Assembly (NCBI GenBank): GCA_012295275.1
Contig: CM022674.1
Location: 434,001-498,000 of the forward strand
Source: Chrysomallon squamiferum
Lineage: Eukaryota > Animalia > Mollusca
DNA: 64,000 nt
Direction: 5' to 3'
Made by a program: the position numbers and the translations under genes. Positions 1 to 14,650 of this stretch are shown here, piece by piece. The notes beneath the pieces were generated by a model. That model did not search any database. It was not told the DNA's origin and saw nothing but the letters and a program-made list of their open reading frames with translations. Position 1 is the stretch's first letter, and the number at the start of each line of letters is the position of its first letter.

Positions 1-25
1 ACGACGACAACAACAACAACAATAA

Positions 26-56
<31 letters not shown>

Positions 57-138
57 AAAATAATAATAATAATAATCAGCATCATCATCATAATGATCAT
101 CATAATAATAATACTAATACTACTACTACTACTACTAC

Positions 139-183
<45 letters not shown>

Positions 184-633
184 CAACAACAACAAACTAC
201 TGCACATTAAAAGAAATACGTTGGTTACTTGAGTTCGCAGACCTTCCCAGATTCGCTGCTCTGGTATATTTAGCTCACAATAACCACCTGTAATATTTAC
301 GTCGTGACGTGTAATCACGTGACTTAAGTACAGGGAGGAAACTAATCTGCTTGTGATCAGGACGGATTGATGGCACTATCGGCTTTCCGTATCAATGCTT
401 GCGTCATTAACGGAATGCTAATACTTCGGGGTAGACGCAGTTACGACTGCAGGACAAACATACCTGGGTGTGTTGTGAAAGGAAACTCGATGCAGCGCAG
501 ATAATGGATAAAAGTATCGTTTTACACAGGAAAAATCTTGTCTAGTCCAAGAATGTCTTTTATAATGTGTTTTAATCTATTCGTGTTGTTAGTAAATTAT
601 GTTCAGTCTATCTCTCTCTCTCTCATGTTCAGT

Positions 634-711
<78 letters not shown>

Positions 712-840
712 GTATATATCTCGGTATATCTATTTATCTATCTATCTATCTATTTATACATGTATGTAGATAGACAGATAGACAGATAGTATACGTTTGT
801 GTGGAACTGGAGATCAGTTAATGCAGGTATTACTACATTG

Positions 841-914
<74 letters not shown>

Positions 915-2874
915 GACGACGACGACGAAGAAGAAGAAGTAAGCAGGTAGTGTTATGTTTAAAGGTGACAGAAAAACACCGAGTCATGATTCAGGATTTC
1001 ACATGACTAATTGCAGTGAAGAGAATGGAAATTAACACCACGTATCGCATGTCTCTGAAATATGCACTACACCCGACCTTGCTTCCTTCGAGGAAAAATT
1101 TAGAAGGCTGCGTAATCCAAACGATCAAAGGTTAAACGAACATGACGTCATAAACACGATGACGTAGTATTATGTTTATAGCATTCCCTGTCGTCAACTT
1201 GAAGTTAATCAGATAGCAGAAAAAAGGTATTTATTTATTTATTTATTTATTTATATTATCCAATAAATAATTGATGTATGTCGTGCGTGTATTATATATT
1301 TGTGTATGTATGGATGTTTAGAGGTATATTTGTAGGATGTATGTATTTACATATATTTATGTATGTATATACATATATATATGTGTGCATGTTGTATGTA
1401 TGTCCTTACGTATGTTGTTTATACGTAAATACTGAACTGTGTAAAAGTAGGTGTGTTTGTTTTGTAATAAAGTAGTCATAAATATATATATAAATGTATA
1501 ACGCATGATCAATTTCGTATCAACAGTTCTTTCGTTTCTCTATTTTTTTTTTTTTTTTTTTTAAAACCATATTAACGGAACTAAATCGTAGTACTACAAC
1601 TAATAAAAAGTATAATAAAAAAGAAAGAAGAAGAAAGTAAAATGAAATAACTTACAAGATATTACAAAAGCAAACCTGTCGGCGGCCTTAAACCTAAACA
1701 CACAGAATTGACTGACTTGGTTAATAACCAGTTTTACCGCCACTGCCCTACATGATATCATCGCAAGCTTGGGATCTAAATGACCGTAATTCCAACTTAA
1801 TAAAGCACTTAATATGCCATTTAGAGGTTAAATGTATGTACTAGCCACATCGGTCTGTTTTGACCGCAAAAATACCCCATGGGGTAAAATATGAATTTTA
1901 AAGTGGTTTCTTTCATTTAAATATTTTCGGCGGCTAATGATTTTATCTGCGTAAGGTAATTTTGTGTCTGGGCGGTTCCCGGGGTGTTCTGTGTGGGATG
2001 TTGATGTGTGTGTGTGTGGGGGTGTATGTTTGTGTGATTTTATGTGTCTATATCTTTGTGTGTGTGTGTTTGTGTGTGTTTGTGTGTGTGTGTGGGTGTG
2101 TGGGGGGGTTGTATGTTTGTGTGATTTTATGTGTCTATATCTTTGTGTGTGTGTTTGTGTGTGTTTGTGTGTGCGTGTGTATATGTGTAGATGTGTATGT
2201 GTGTGTATGTGATGTATATGTGTGGGGATTGTCTGTTTGTTTGTGTGATTGTATGTGTGTCTGTGTGTATGTGTGTGTGTTTGTCTGTGTGTCTGTATGA
2301 CGAAGTGTTATTTTGTTACTCTGTGTATTTGTGTAATCTTTATTTTATTCCTTCAAAAATAATCATTCAGTCATTCTTTGTATGTTTCCTTTACTTCAGT
2401 CCCTTCTTTCTTTTCTGTATCTCTGCATTTGGACAGAAAGCACACTATGTAGATGCTTCGAATGATAGGTAGGTAAGTAAGCTAGACAGGTTATTATACA
2501 GTTTGCAGACATGACAGATAGACAAACAGACAGAGAGACAGAGAGACAGAAACAGAGGGAGAACATGAGAGACAGAAAACGAGAGAGATATAAAGACAGA
2601 CAGACAAACAACTAAATAGAGAGACAGACAGACAGACAGAATCATTACGTACAGACGGATGAAGGCAGACAAAACTAAATTTGGAGAAACTGAAACAGAC
2701 AAAAAAAAATAAGATGTACTCAAAATAAGATAATAATGTACACAAAATAAGATAACAAAAGAAGAAAACACGGACAAACAAACGGAAACACACAAACACA
2801 CACACTCACACACACACACAAAACACACACATACAAGAAAACACGGACAGGAACATAAACACACAGACACAAAA

Positions 2875-2988
<114 letters not shown>

Positions 2989-3536
2989 GACACACACACA
3001 CACACACACTAGACGAGAAAAAACACAAAACAGAAAAACAGATGTATGGGCTAAAACACCCACAACTTTTTGTCTGTAATCCGAATTACCAAGGTGGTCT
3101 GGATTGCAAAACATTATACATATGGTTGTTAAAATAAATTACATTAACCTTTCCCAGGATCGTGGTCCTATTCTTGTTCTCGCCGCTAACCTAAAGATTT
3201 ATACTGACAGCCCCTTTTGTAAGCGTAAAATTAAATAAATTTCTTATCAAAATAATTTCTTTTTAGGTCCCTTTTTTTTTTGTCATTCCGATGAAATGTA
3301 TAGTAAAGATTGGGTGACAAATTTCCAGTTCGTACCACTCTGATCTTACCTGGATCCGTAACTGAAATGTTTATCTCACGTATCAAATGCAGAAAAGATT
3401 AGCACACCTGTGCAGGCAAGGAAAAAAGCACAACGACAAAAAGTTAAGTAGATACGATGAAATATCTGAAAAAAAACACCCACGTTTATGTTCTTGGATT
3501 TATAAAAGCCTGGATACAGTATTAATAATAGAAAAA

Positions 3537-3587
<51 letters not shown>

Positions 3588-4219
3588 CGTGGACAATATG
3601 TAATTGACATTTTATTTTATTTATTTATCTGATTTTTCATTTCTTATTTCCATGAAAAGCAGTGATTTAGAAAACTAATAATGAAAGGAAGAAGAAAGAA
3701 TTAAACAGGTGACTCATTGTAAAGATATTCTCGTGTTTATTTACCATATTTCTTCTTCTTCTCCTTAAATATGTTTGCGTGCGTGCGTATACCAGAATCC
3801 GTGCGTGTGAACATCTGAAACGAAATTCCACTGCACAATGAGAAAGTTCATACATACCTGGTGATTTACCTGTGTGCGTGTGCGTGTGTGTGATGATTGG
3901 ACGTGTCTCTTTCACCTGGAGATGTTATCTTCACTTCAGGTGTTAGGTTTGTTTCGCCCATCGATCGGTTTGTCACCTGACAAAATGAAGACAGACACGA
4001 AATGTCGATAAAAAAAATAAAAATAAAAAAAATAAAAAATGTACGCCGTCCGATAAAATCAGTTAATTATTATTCTTTGCAGGCAAAGTCACTTTACAAC
4101 ACACCAAAAGGGGACCATTCATTTTAATGAAACATTTTATGATTTTTTTTTTTTTTAAAGAATTTTTATCGTTTCTTTTTAAGTAACTGATGGCTTCATT
4201 AAAACGTGTTCTGTTACAC

Positions 4220-4251
<32 letters not shown>

Positions 4252-5044
4252 CCCTTGATTTTTATTGGCAATATTAATTTCTATTTTTAATTTTTGTTTT
4301 TTTATTTATTTTTTTTTAATGTTTTTTTTAGAAAATATTTTTTAGATTTAGATGCATATGTGAAAGACAATAGAAAAAGAAAATCTGAACTGTTTTAAGT
4401 TTATAAGACAAAGAATGTAAAAGCTGAGAATTAGTACTTGTAAGCATTGGTAATAGTTTAGAAGTAGTAACACTAGTAGTAAAAGTAGCAATAGTAAAAT
4501 TAGTATTAGTAATAGTAATAATTGTAGTCGCTGTAGTAATTTTAGCTGTTGTGGATGTAGCAGTGGTAGTAATAATAGTTCTAGTAGTAGTAGTAATAAT
4601 AGGAGAAACAGTAATTCTTGTAATTATAGTAAATATAGAAGTAACAGTGGTAGTAGTAGGAGTAGCAGTAGCTGTAGAAGATGTAGAATAATGATGATGA
4701 TGATAACAAAAACAACAACAACAACAAACGACAAATAACACTTAAGAGAATTTGATAAACTAGCGCAGAACGGAAAAAAAGCTTTAAGGCCGCACCTATC
4801 AATATCAACCCCGATTCAAGTTAGAAATATTTGTTATGAAACTATTGCTCCGAATCGATCTAGGTGAATAGTTTTCAAAGCTGAGTAGAAAAAAAACGCA
4901 TTCCGTGCTGATTTTAGAGATTGAAGCAGTGGAAGTGATCCGCGTTCAAAACTTTGTTCACAAATGAGAAATTAATGGAGTCACTTGTTCACGTTCTAAT
5001 GAATGTGTTAGACAAGGTGAAGAAATAAATACAAAAGTCAATGC

Positions 5045-5139
<95 letters not shown>

Positions 5140-5357
5140 GGAGAGGGAGATGGGGAGAGGGAAACATAAACATATAGAGAGAAAGATTCAGAGAGAGACA
5201 GACAGAGGAAGAGGGGGACAGATAGACAGAGACAAAAAGAGAGAGAGAGACAGACACAGACACAGAGTAACGTAATGATAATCTACTGACAACTTCATCG
5301 TCATCATCATCATCATCATCATTATCATCACTATTATTACCATTATCATTATCAATG

Positions 5358-5393
<36 letters not shown>

Positions 5394-6079
5394 CGATTTT
5401 AACCTATTTCTATTTTCTTGGGACTTACCTTGTCGTTCATAACTTCAGAAATCATCTACGAATCTCTGTTTACAGTATTTTATCTCTTTGCTGTTTGTTG
5501 TGGTTTTATTTTCGTCAGTTCACGCCATGACTTTAAACAACCACGTATTTGATTCAGACGATTTTATTACTTGCTGTAATATATACATTCTGGTCGGCGG
5601 GTTGAGTCGTCCGTGTAATCTTTTTATTTCAGATACATTCTAAGCACTGAGGCATGAGATGAATATATTGAAAGACTGTCATAGTGTTGTTTATTTATCT
5701 ATCTGTCTATCTGTCTGTCTGTCTGTCTGTCTGTTATGTATTTATTCATTTATTATTGTCATCATTATTATTATTATTGTTGTTGTTGTTGTTCTTATTG
5801 CTGTTATCATCACTATCATTATTGTTATTGTTATTATTATTATTATTATTATCATCATCAGTATTACTACTACTACTACTACTATTACTACTGCTGCTGC
5901 CACTACTACTACCACTACTGTTATTATCATCGTCTCATTATTGTTATTATTATTATTATTATTGTTATTATTATTATTTTGTTTGTTTGTTGTTGTTGTT
6001 ACTGCTACTGTTACTGCTGTTGTTGTCATCGTCCTATTAGAACCAGCTATTCCAAACAGACATTTTTGTATTTATTATT

Positions 6080-6144
<65 letters not shown>

Positions 6145-6406
6145 CGCTACATCTTTTAACACGAGAATGTTTTAATTCTTCCATCTGATGACGTGTATTT
6201 GCTCGTGTTCCCATGTTTGTCACTCCAGTTCACTTAACAGTCTCCGTCAACACAACAAACTTGACTCTTGGCTAAGTTTTTCACTGGCGGGGAGTGGATT
6301 GAAACGTAACTCGCGCTTTTTATTGTTCGGGTCCAGTTTCAGGATCGACAGAACGTATTGTTTGTCTAAATGCGGTCAATATGAAAAACCATAAAAAATA
6401 TATTTG

Positions 6407-6444
<38 letters not shown>

Positions 6445-7328
6445 TCTCCATGCTAAGCCTCTGTAAACCGAGAAGAAAACATAAAATGAAAACGGAGCTT
6501 TGAGATACACAAGGGTGTAAGATTGAAGAGATCTTGCTTGATGTAATTCGAGTAGAAAACTCACCGTGGTCGACCGATATACTGTATTATTTATTTTAAC
6601 CTCACAAATGTCAGTGTGTGGTTTTAGGAGCTGCATTCGTTAAACTGTGAGGGGCTATTTGCGCTAGATGTCAGATAAATACAGACTGTTTGTTTCTGTC
6701 AGTCTGTCTGTCTGTCTGTCTGTACGACTGTCTTTCTGTATGCCTGTTTTTGCCCGTTGTTATGTAATGTGTGCATCAGTTTATCAGTTTGTTATCTACG
6801 GTTCTGTTTTACGTTACGTAAACTTCTGTCTGTCCTCCATCCATCCTGTCATCCATTATTATGCTGTTTGTTTTTTTGTCAGTCTGAGTATTTGTCTGTC
6901 CCTCTGTTTGTATGTGTATACGTCAGTAAAAACAGAAATAGCAACAACAGCAGGAATAGCTGTATTAGTAGTGTTAATGTTATAATAAAATAATTAAATA
7001 TAGAAATGATAATAAATAAACAAAAACTAAATAAATACACAAATAAAAAAATTAATTAATTAATCAGCAATAATGAAAAAACAGATAATCAAACAAAGAA
7101 AGGAGTAATTAAGTAAATGCATTTACGAAAACGTACGAAATTTAGGTTGCTTCTTACGGAAAAACCAAAATTACGTCTATAACAATTTGACGTCATCTGA
7201 ACAAAGAACATTAAACGAAAGTAGTGGTGGTTTTGTGCATTCAGCTTTTACTTTAAGAAATTGATTTGTTTCGTGCGAGATAAGCATGTAAGTTAGGTAT
7301 TGCTAATAATAATAATAATAATAATAAT

Positions 7329-7362
<34 letters not shown>

Positions 7363-7853
7363 GCAACAGCAATAATAGTTATAATAGTAATAATTACACC
7401 ATTAACAATAATAATAATAATAATACAATATTAATATTCACGAAAACAAGAATAATAACAACAAGCTACACTAATACACCGAAGAACCTTCGACTTGGAA
7501 GAGTTAGGTAAGGGGAGATTATCACGGCAGGTCACATCTCTTGTACAGTGTCACTCTTTCGAGTGTCATATTCTCCTCTTGAAACGTCCTTTTCTACTGA
7601 TTTCTCATACGAACAGACTCTGATAAAACCCACCTGTATGAGAGTGACGTCGACCACATTCTAACAAACAACGAAAGAAAAAATGTACCTGACAGGTGTC
7701 AGAAACTGACGATAGACTGAAATAAAAAATAAAAAAAATTAAATTAAAATAAAAAGATAATGGCACAATCATACCGGGTTATTTTATATGTGACAAAAGT
7801 GTTATTTTGTAAATTAGCGTCTTAAAAAGGTTTTTGTATGCTTATATTACTAG

Positions 7854-7907
<54 letters not shown>

Positions 7908-8428
7908 CAAAAGGGACAATAAAACGAATACTATTCACAACAATAGATATATGTCTGTTTGTGTTAATGTGTTTATGCGTGGCATCTTTTATTTACAATG
8001 CTTGTTTATTAATAGTTTTAATAGCAGTATCAGATGCAGTTGTAGTAGTAGTTATAATAGCAACAGCGGTAGTGGTAACAGCAAAAATACAGCCGAATAA
8101 ATAAATAAATAAATAAATAAATAACAGTAGTAGCAGTACTATATTACTACTGTTATTATTACTATTAGTCTACTTAATTTCATATTTTTTAAATTTATTT
8201 TTTTGTTTGTTTATTAATTTACTATGACGTTGTAGCTGTCATTGCTTTTCACATTGTATGATTTAAAACAAACAAACAGCTACGACAACGACGGAGGTGA
8301 TCATGGAACGGATGATGTTTCGGATGATGGAACAACCAACGTGATACTTCAAGTACCTCTTATTATATGTACCATATCTTGTGATCTTTATAAATGTGTC
8401 AAGTTATTTATTTTTATAATAATAATAA

Positions 8429-8478
<50 letters not shown>

Positions 8479-8531
8479 ATAATAATAATAATAAAGGCAT
8501 GACATTTCTCAACGCTTAATATTATTAAACA

Positions 8532-8590
<59 letters not shown>

Positions 8591-8791
8591 AAATATATAT
8601 ATATATATAGATATATATATATATAAATTTATAAAACATATCTATCCGCATGAAATGAAACGTGACTTTTAAAATTTAGAATAACAATTACGAATGAACA
8701 TTAGTTATTTATTGACTGATCCATAACGTAAGCCCTTCAGTTTGTTCATTTATTTATTTATTAATTATTATTATTATTAATTATTATTATT

Positions 8792-8835
<44 letters not shown>

Positions 8836-9140
8836 AATCATCATCATCATTTTTATCATTATTATTTTTTTTTTCTTTGTTTAGTCTTGATTTACTTCTC
8901 TGTTTACAGGGTCGGATTCCGCTGTTAATCCCTGTGAACGCGTCTTTAGAAATGCATTACGATCCATTTTGAAATTGTGATTGACAATTACAGAAAGAGA
9001 TTAAGTTAACAACTGATAAAATCGCTGAGGAGATGTCAGAACGTTAAAAGCTACAACTTGCAGGTGCTTCACATCCGCTCTTTTCCATTTAGCTTACTCA
9101 TGTCCGTATCTGTGTACACTGATTAACCACCCCCCCCCCC

Positions 9141-9311
<171 letters not shown>

Positions 9312-11189
9312 TATCTTTCTCTCTTTTTCTTTCTCTCTCTCTCTCTCTTTTTCTATCTCTCTCTTTTTCTTTCTCTCTCTCTCTCTGTCTCTCTATCTCT
9401 CTCTCACTCTCTTTCTCTGGCTGTCTGTTTCTTCTATTTATTTATTTGATTGTTTGTTTGTTTCGTATTTTGATTTCAAATCTTACAGTATCAGTTCTTT
9501 CATCATTTTATGTCTTCTTTTTTCTCTCCCTCTTTCTCTATCTCACCATCCGTTACGCTTGTCTTTCATTCCTTCTCATTCGTCACTTTTATTCCTTCCT
9601 CCCTCTTTCTCTCCATCTTCACATCGATCTCATCCCTTTCCATCCCTCATAACAGTCCATGAATTCTTTCTCATTGATTTTTCAAATTTTTCATTCTTCC
9701 ATCTTTCTCTCCCATCTCTTGTTCATTCAGTTATTTTCATTTCTTTTAACCTGATCATTTCCCTCCTCCTCCTTCTTCTTCTTCTTCTTCTTCTTTTCTA
9801 CTCATTATCTTTTTTCTTTTTCCCCGCTTTTTTTCTCCTTCTTAAACAGAAAAAAAAAAAAAAAGACAACCCCAGACTCCTGCAATAAAAATTTCTTTCC
9901 TCGTTTTATTCCGTAAAAAGGTGCGGACGAGAAGTTCGCGACTGTGGACGTTTTTCCCACGGTCCTGTAAGCAATAAAAATGATTTGAGTTACGAAAACA
10001 GCAATAAAACTGTCACAGCGCCTCGCCGCCACGTACACGTGCAACAGGTACGTAACTAATATCATTTAGAGATAAGTTATTCGTCCGTCACGCTTTCTGA
10101 GCACGGCGATGTCTGACTGTCTGTCCGTCCGTCTGTCTGTCTGTCTGTCTGTCTGGCTCACTCTGAGTGTGTGTGTGTATGATTTTGTGCGTGTGTGTAT
10201 CTACGTGTATGTGTGTATGTGTGTATATATGTATGTGTGTATGTATGTATGTGTATGTATGTATGTGTGTGTGTTTGTGTGTCTGACTGGAATATAATAT
10301 GTAAATTTAAATTACTGTGTAGTCGTCCTGATTAGAAAAGGAATACTGATAATGATGATGATGATAACTGTGAATATTATAAACTTTATTAACAATGGGG
10401 ATAAGGAATATATTATTATTATTATTATTGTTGTTGTTATTATTATTGTTATTATTATCATTATTATCATCATCATCATGATCATCACCATCATCGACAT
10501 CAACATCAATATTATTATTATTATTATAGTTTGTATACATGCTTGTGTTAGAAGGTTAATCTTACTGCATTCCTTTAATCATTTATCTGTGTATCTCGCA
10601 TTGTCCTCGGAACACCAGTTACTGTTATTTCCCATTTCACATAGCTAGAATTCCAACAGCTGCGACAAAAAAATTAAATTTAAATTTTAAATCTCTTTAA
10701 AATACTTTTTTTCTCTCTACCTTTCTTCTCGGCACATTTAAAACTGTCACCCACAACCCTATAAAAGTCTTTGCCACTCAAATCCTAAACCACAACAGCA
10801 AAACAATCATTTTAACCTAAAACTCGACACAACGACACCTCACAAACTCACTCCGAATTTCCCTTAAAATTCCACCCGTGCCCTCCACTAGAGATAAAAA
10901 AAATAACCCAACACCCGTGTTCCATACCCTCCCCTCCCCCAGAACGTGACCCATACACCCCACCCACCTTTACTCCCCAAGCCCTACCCACATCCTCCAC
11001 CCTAGAACGAAAAAACCGTCACCCCTTGCTCCCCAGATCTAACCCAACACCGCACGTTACATCCATCTAGGATATAAAGGTATGCGTTATTGAAATATAC
11101 AATCTGGCGTCAACGCTAAGAGAAAAAAAAAAAAAAAAAAAAAAAAACGAAGAAGAAGGAACAGGTTGTCGCGCTATAGATCACATGTC

Positions 11190-11640
11190 AGCGGAGAACT
11201 CGCAGGTTTCCCACGGTACGCTTCACCCCTCATGAGAAAGATATGTTTTTGTGCTAGCGCCATCAAGACACAACATCAATCAAACTGTTTTACAGGTAGA
11301 ACCTTTCACACAGGTGAGTGGTACCGATGTTCAGGTGTGGGCGGAGTTTTCCCACACTTTCGGTCGAGTCCCGGCACGCGCCGCTCATTATCATATCAAA
11401 GGGCGCATAACTGTGAAGACTTGCCTCGGCTTGCTCTCCCTTGATTCTGCGTGCCGTGTCGTCGGCGTTCCGTCACGTTCGGCCAATCGGCGCCCGCCGT
11501 GCGCGAGTTGGGCGTGCTTCTCCGCTTGTGATTGACACCCGCCAAGCGCACCGCGAAAGCTGGCGAGGAACGCGCCGCGCATGAGGGCAACAACGACACG
11601 CACACACGCGGATTCACGTAACAGGTGTTTTCTCCGACAT
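11190..11640 (+). promoter_or_regulatory. HES proximal promoter, Notch-responsive and autoregulatory
   Basis: GC-rich island with CSL-type sites TTTCCCACG (11207-11215), ATGAGAA (11232-11238), TTTCACAC (11304-11311) and TTTCCCACA (11348-11356). It also has CAGGTG E-boxes (11311, 11332, 11622), a Hairy class-C site GGCACGCGCC (11373-11382), TCF ATCAAAG (11395-11401) and CCAAT (11483). Confidence 0.75.
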
Positions 11641-11704
11641 TCCGACGGTGGATGAAGGCTTTTCTCGATTTTTGTTTTCGTCGGTTGAGGTGAAAGCAGG
11701 CGAC

Positions 11705-11749
11705 ATGCATTCCGATAAAGTGACCACCACAGCGAGTGAATCGCGAAAA
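11705..11749 (+). CDS. HES1: HES exon 1 (coding part), [15 protein letters not shown]
   Basis: First in-frame ATG after the in-frame stop at 11582. The exon ends AAA|gtaagt, and ASESRK matches HES1 ASEHRK. Confidence 0.85.
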
Positions 11750-11892
11750 GTAAGTTTTTTAGTTTTCTATATTTATTTTTTTTTTTTTTTTTTTTTTTTC
11801 AAATGTTTATTTAGGTATTCGTCTGTTTGTTTGTTTGTTTGTTTGTTTTATGTTAGGTTGATTATAATTCTTATTTATATTTTATTTTAAGC

Positions 11893-11935
<43 letters not shown>

Positions 11936-12033
11936 TTAAAATTTCCTTAATGTATATACAAATATTTTTTGTCACTTAATTCACATATATGGTTATCTTC
12001 CAAGGCATCAGTAAAAATATAATAATAATAAAA

Positions 12034-12105
<72 letters not shown>

Positions 12106-12753
12106 GTAATAATAATAATATTTTAGAACTAAATTATGAACCATTATCATTAATTGAAATTTTATATTTGTTTCGACAGAGCACAAAGCCAATAATGGAG
12201 AAAAAACGAAGGGCACGAATAAACGCGAGTTTAGCCGAACTGAAGTCGTTATTACTCGTAATTAAAAAAGAGGTAAGATTTTTGTTGTTTTTCTTCTCTC
12301 TTTTTTCTAATCTGTCGTCTGTCTTCACAAGTGTCGTCTGTCTTAAACTGGGTGTGTTAAAATATCTCTTCCATACTGACTTTGATTTTTCTAAGCTTCA
12401 CTCCCGAAATAATTTTATATTGCACTGAATTTTATTTTCTTCATTTTCTTCATTTCTGAATGATAATTGAGTGTAATTGTGTGTGTATGTGAGTTTGTGC
12501 AGATATATAGATAGATAAATAGATAGATATATGTATATATATGTATGTATGTATGTTTGTATGTATAGACGTACCATACATAGATATACGTACATACGTA
12601 AAAATATGTATATATAATACATTTGTAAGACACATACTCTCTATTTCTCTTTTTCTTTCCTTCTCTATCTCTCTCTTTCACTCTGTCTCTCTCTCTGTCT
12701 CTCTCTGTCTCTCTTTCTCTCTCACTGTATTTCTCTCTCTTTCTCTCCATCTG

Positions 12754-12788
<35 letters not shown>

Positions 12789-14555
12789 GCTCTGTTTCCC
12801 TCTCTTTTTAAAAATATCTTATTTACTTTCTATAAAACTCCTCCTTTCTCTCCTTTTTTTTTTTTTTTTTTTATCCACGTTCAAATTGAAAATTAAATTA
12901 AAATTTTTTTTTTTTTTTCACTCTGTATCGTTAGCACGTTGCTTGTACGTGCCAAACTGGATTACGCGCTGTGTCGTGTTTCGACGTGTTTTCGTTAGTA
13001 ACTTTCCCACGGCCGTTTCTCCCAGCTTACGTATTCAAGTACCCGACATAACACCTCGCCGCTCAGTAAGCGACCTGCCAGGTGTGTCCCCGCAGTCACA
13101 ATTACCTTCTCCGTCACGTATCGCTCAAACACTGGCTGTGTACGTAGTGACGTCATACTGACGTAATAGCGTACGGCGGTAGAGGTAGATTTGTTCAAAC
13201 TGTGTTCTAGTAAACACACACACACATACACATACACATACACATACGTGTGTATTCGTGTCTTTGTAACTAAATAAATGAATGAACGAACAGGCATGAA
13301 CGAATGAAAGAATAAAATATGTAGGTAAACAAGATTGTAAAAAGAAATGAAAGAAGGATGGAAAAATTAATGGACGAATAAAATAACTGACAAAGTAGAT
13401 ATCAGCCATTTTTAAATATGTTTACTTCCTTAATCACACGTTTTTTTATTTACAAATTTGATTACGGAATTAATTAATTAATTATTTATTGAACTGCATA
13501 AAATTTAATTTACCCATATGCCTAGGTGCCATTATTTACTTATTTGGTTACGTACTTGTTTTACTTATTTTCTGTATTTACTTATTTTCTTTATTTACTT
13601 ATTTTCTGTATTTACTTATTTTCTTTATTTACTTATTTATTTTCGTCTTTCTCTTTACATTTTTTATTTATTAACTAAATTTTGAATATGTATTTCTCTC
13701 CGTCTTTCTTTCTTTCTTTTTTCCCTCTTTAATTTCATCTTTTCTTTCATTCATGCATTCATTCATTCATTTATTCATTTTTATTTATTTATTTGTTTAC
13801 TTATTTACTAATTTCCTTACTTACTTGTTTACTTATTTTCTTCCTAGGGCTCAAGACACAGTAAAATGGAGAAGGCGGATATTTTAGAAATGACGGTAAA
13901 GCATCTGAGGCAAATTCAACGACAACATTACACAGGTAACTGACGAACGTACACATGAACAGAATTACCGATGAAAGAATTCATAACATAAATAATGATA
14001 ATTATGACGTGATACTCTAACCATGTTCCATATATATAATACACAAAGGAAATTTTTGTATTTCTTAACATCGAACAATTTACACGCAAACTGCGGGGTA
14101 AACCAGACATATAATTATTATAATTATCATATAAAGCAAACGTTTGTATTGGTATTTACATAACTATCTACATACCTAGTCACTCAGCTACATTGGAATG
14201 ACACATGCAATGATGAATCAACATATATATATATAAGAACATATATTGATATATGTATGTATGTATGTATTTTATATATATATATATATATATATAAATG
14301 TGAGTATGTGTGTGAGTGTGTGTATATAAATATATGTAGATATATATAATACGTACATACATACATACAAAGAGACACACAGATACATTTACATCAAAAT
14401 ATACCTCAAGATACTTTTGTTTTAGTATAGACAGCGAGTATACGATACACTCATTAGCATACACCTGTACATACTTACATACACACATACATAAGTAAGA
14501 TACATTACAAAATAACGTAACTGTGTCATATTCGTTCAGCTAACGGTAGTAAGCA

Positions 14556-14650
<95 letters not shown>

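Noticed and set aside
11648-11704. N-terminal extension of HES from the GTG at 11648
   Set aside because: Non-AUG start with no HES similarity; the ATG at 11705 is the first in-frame AUG.
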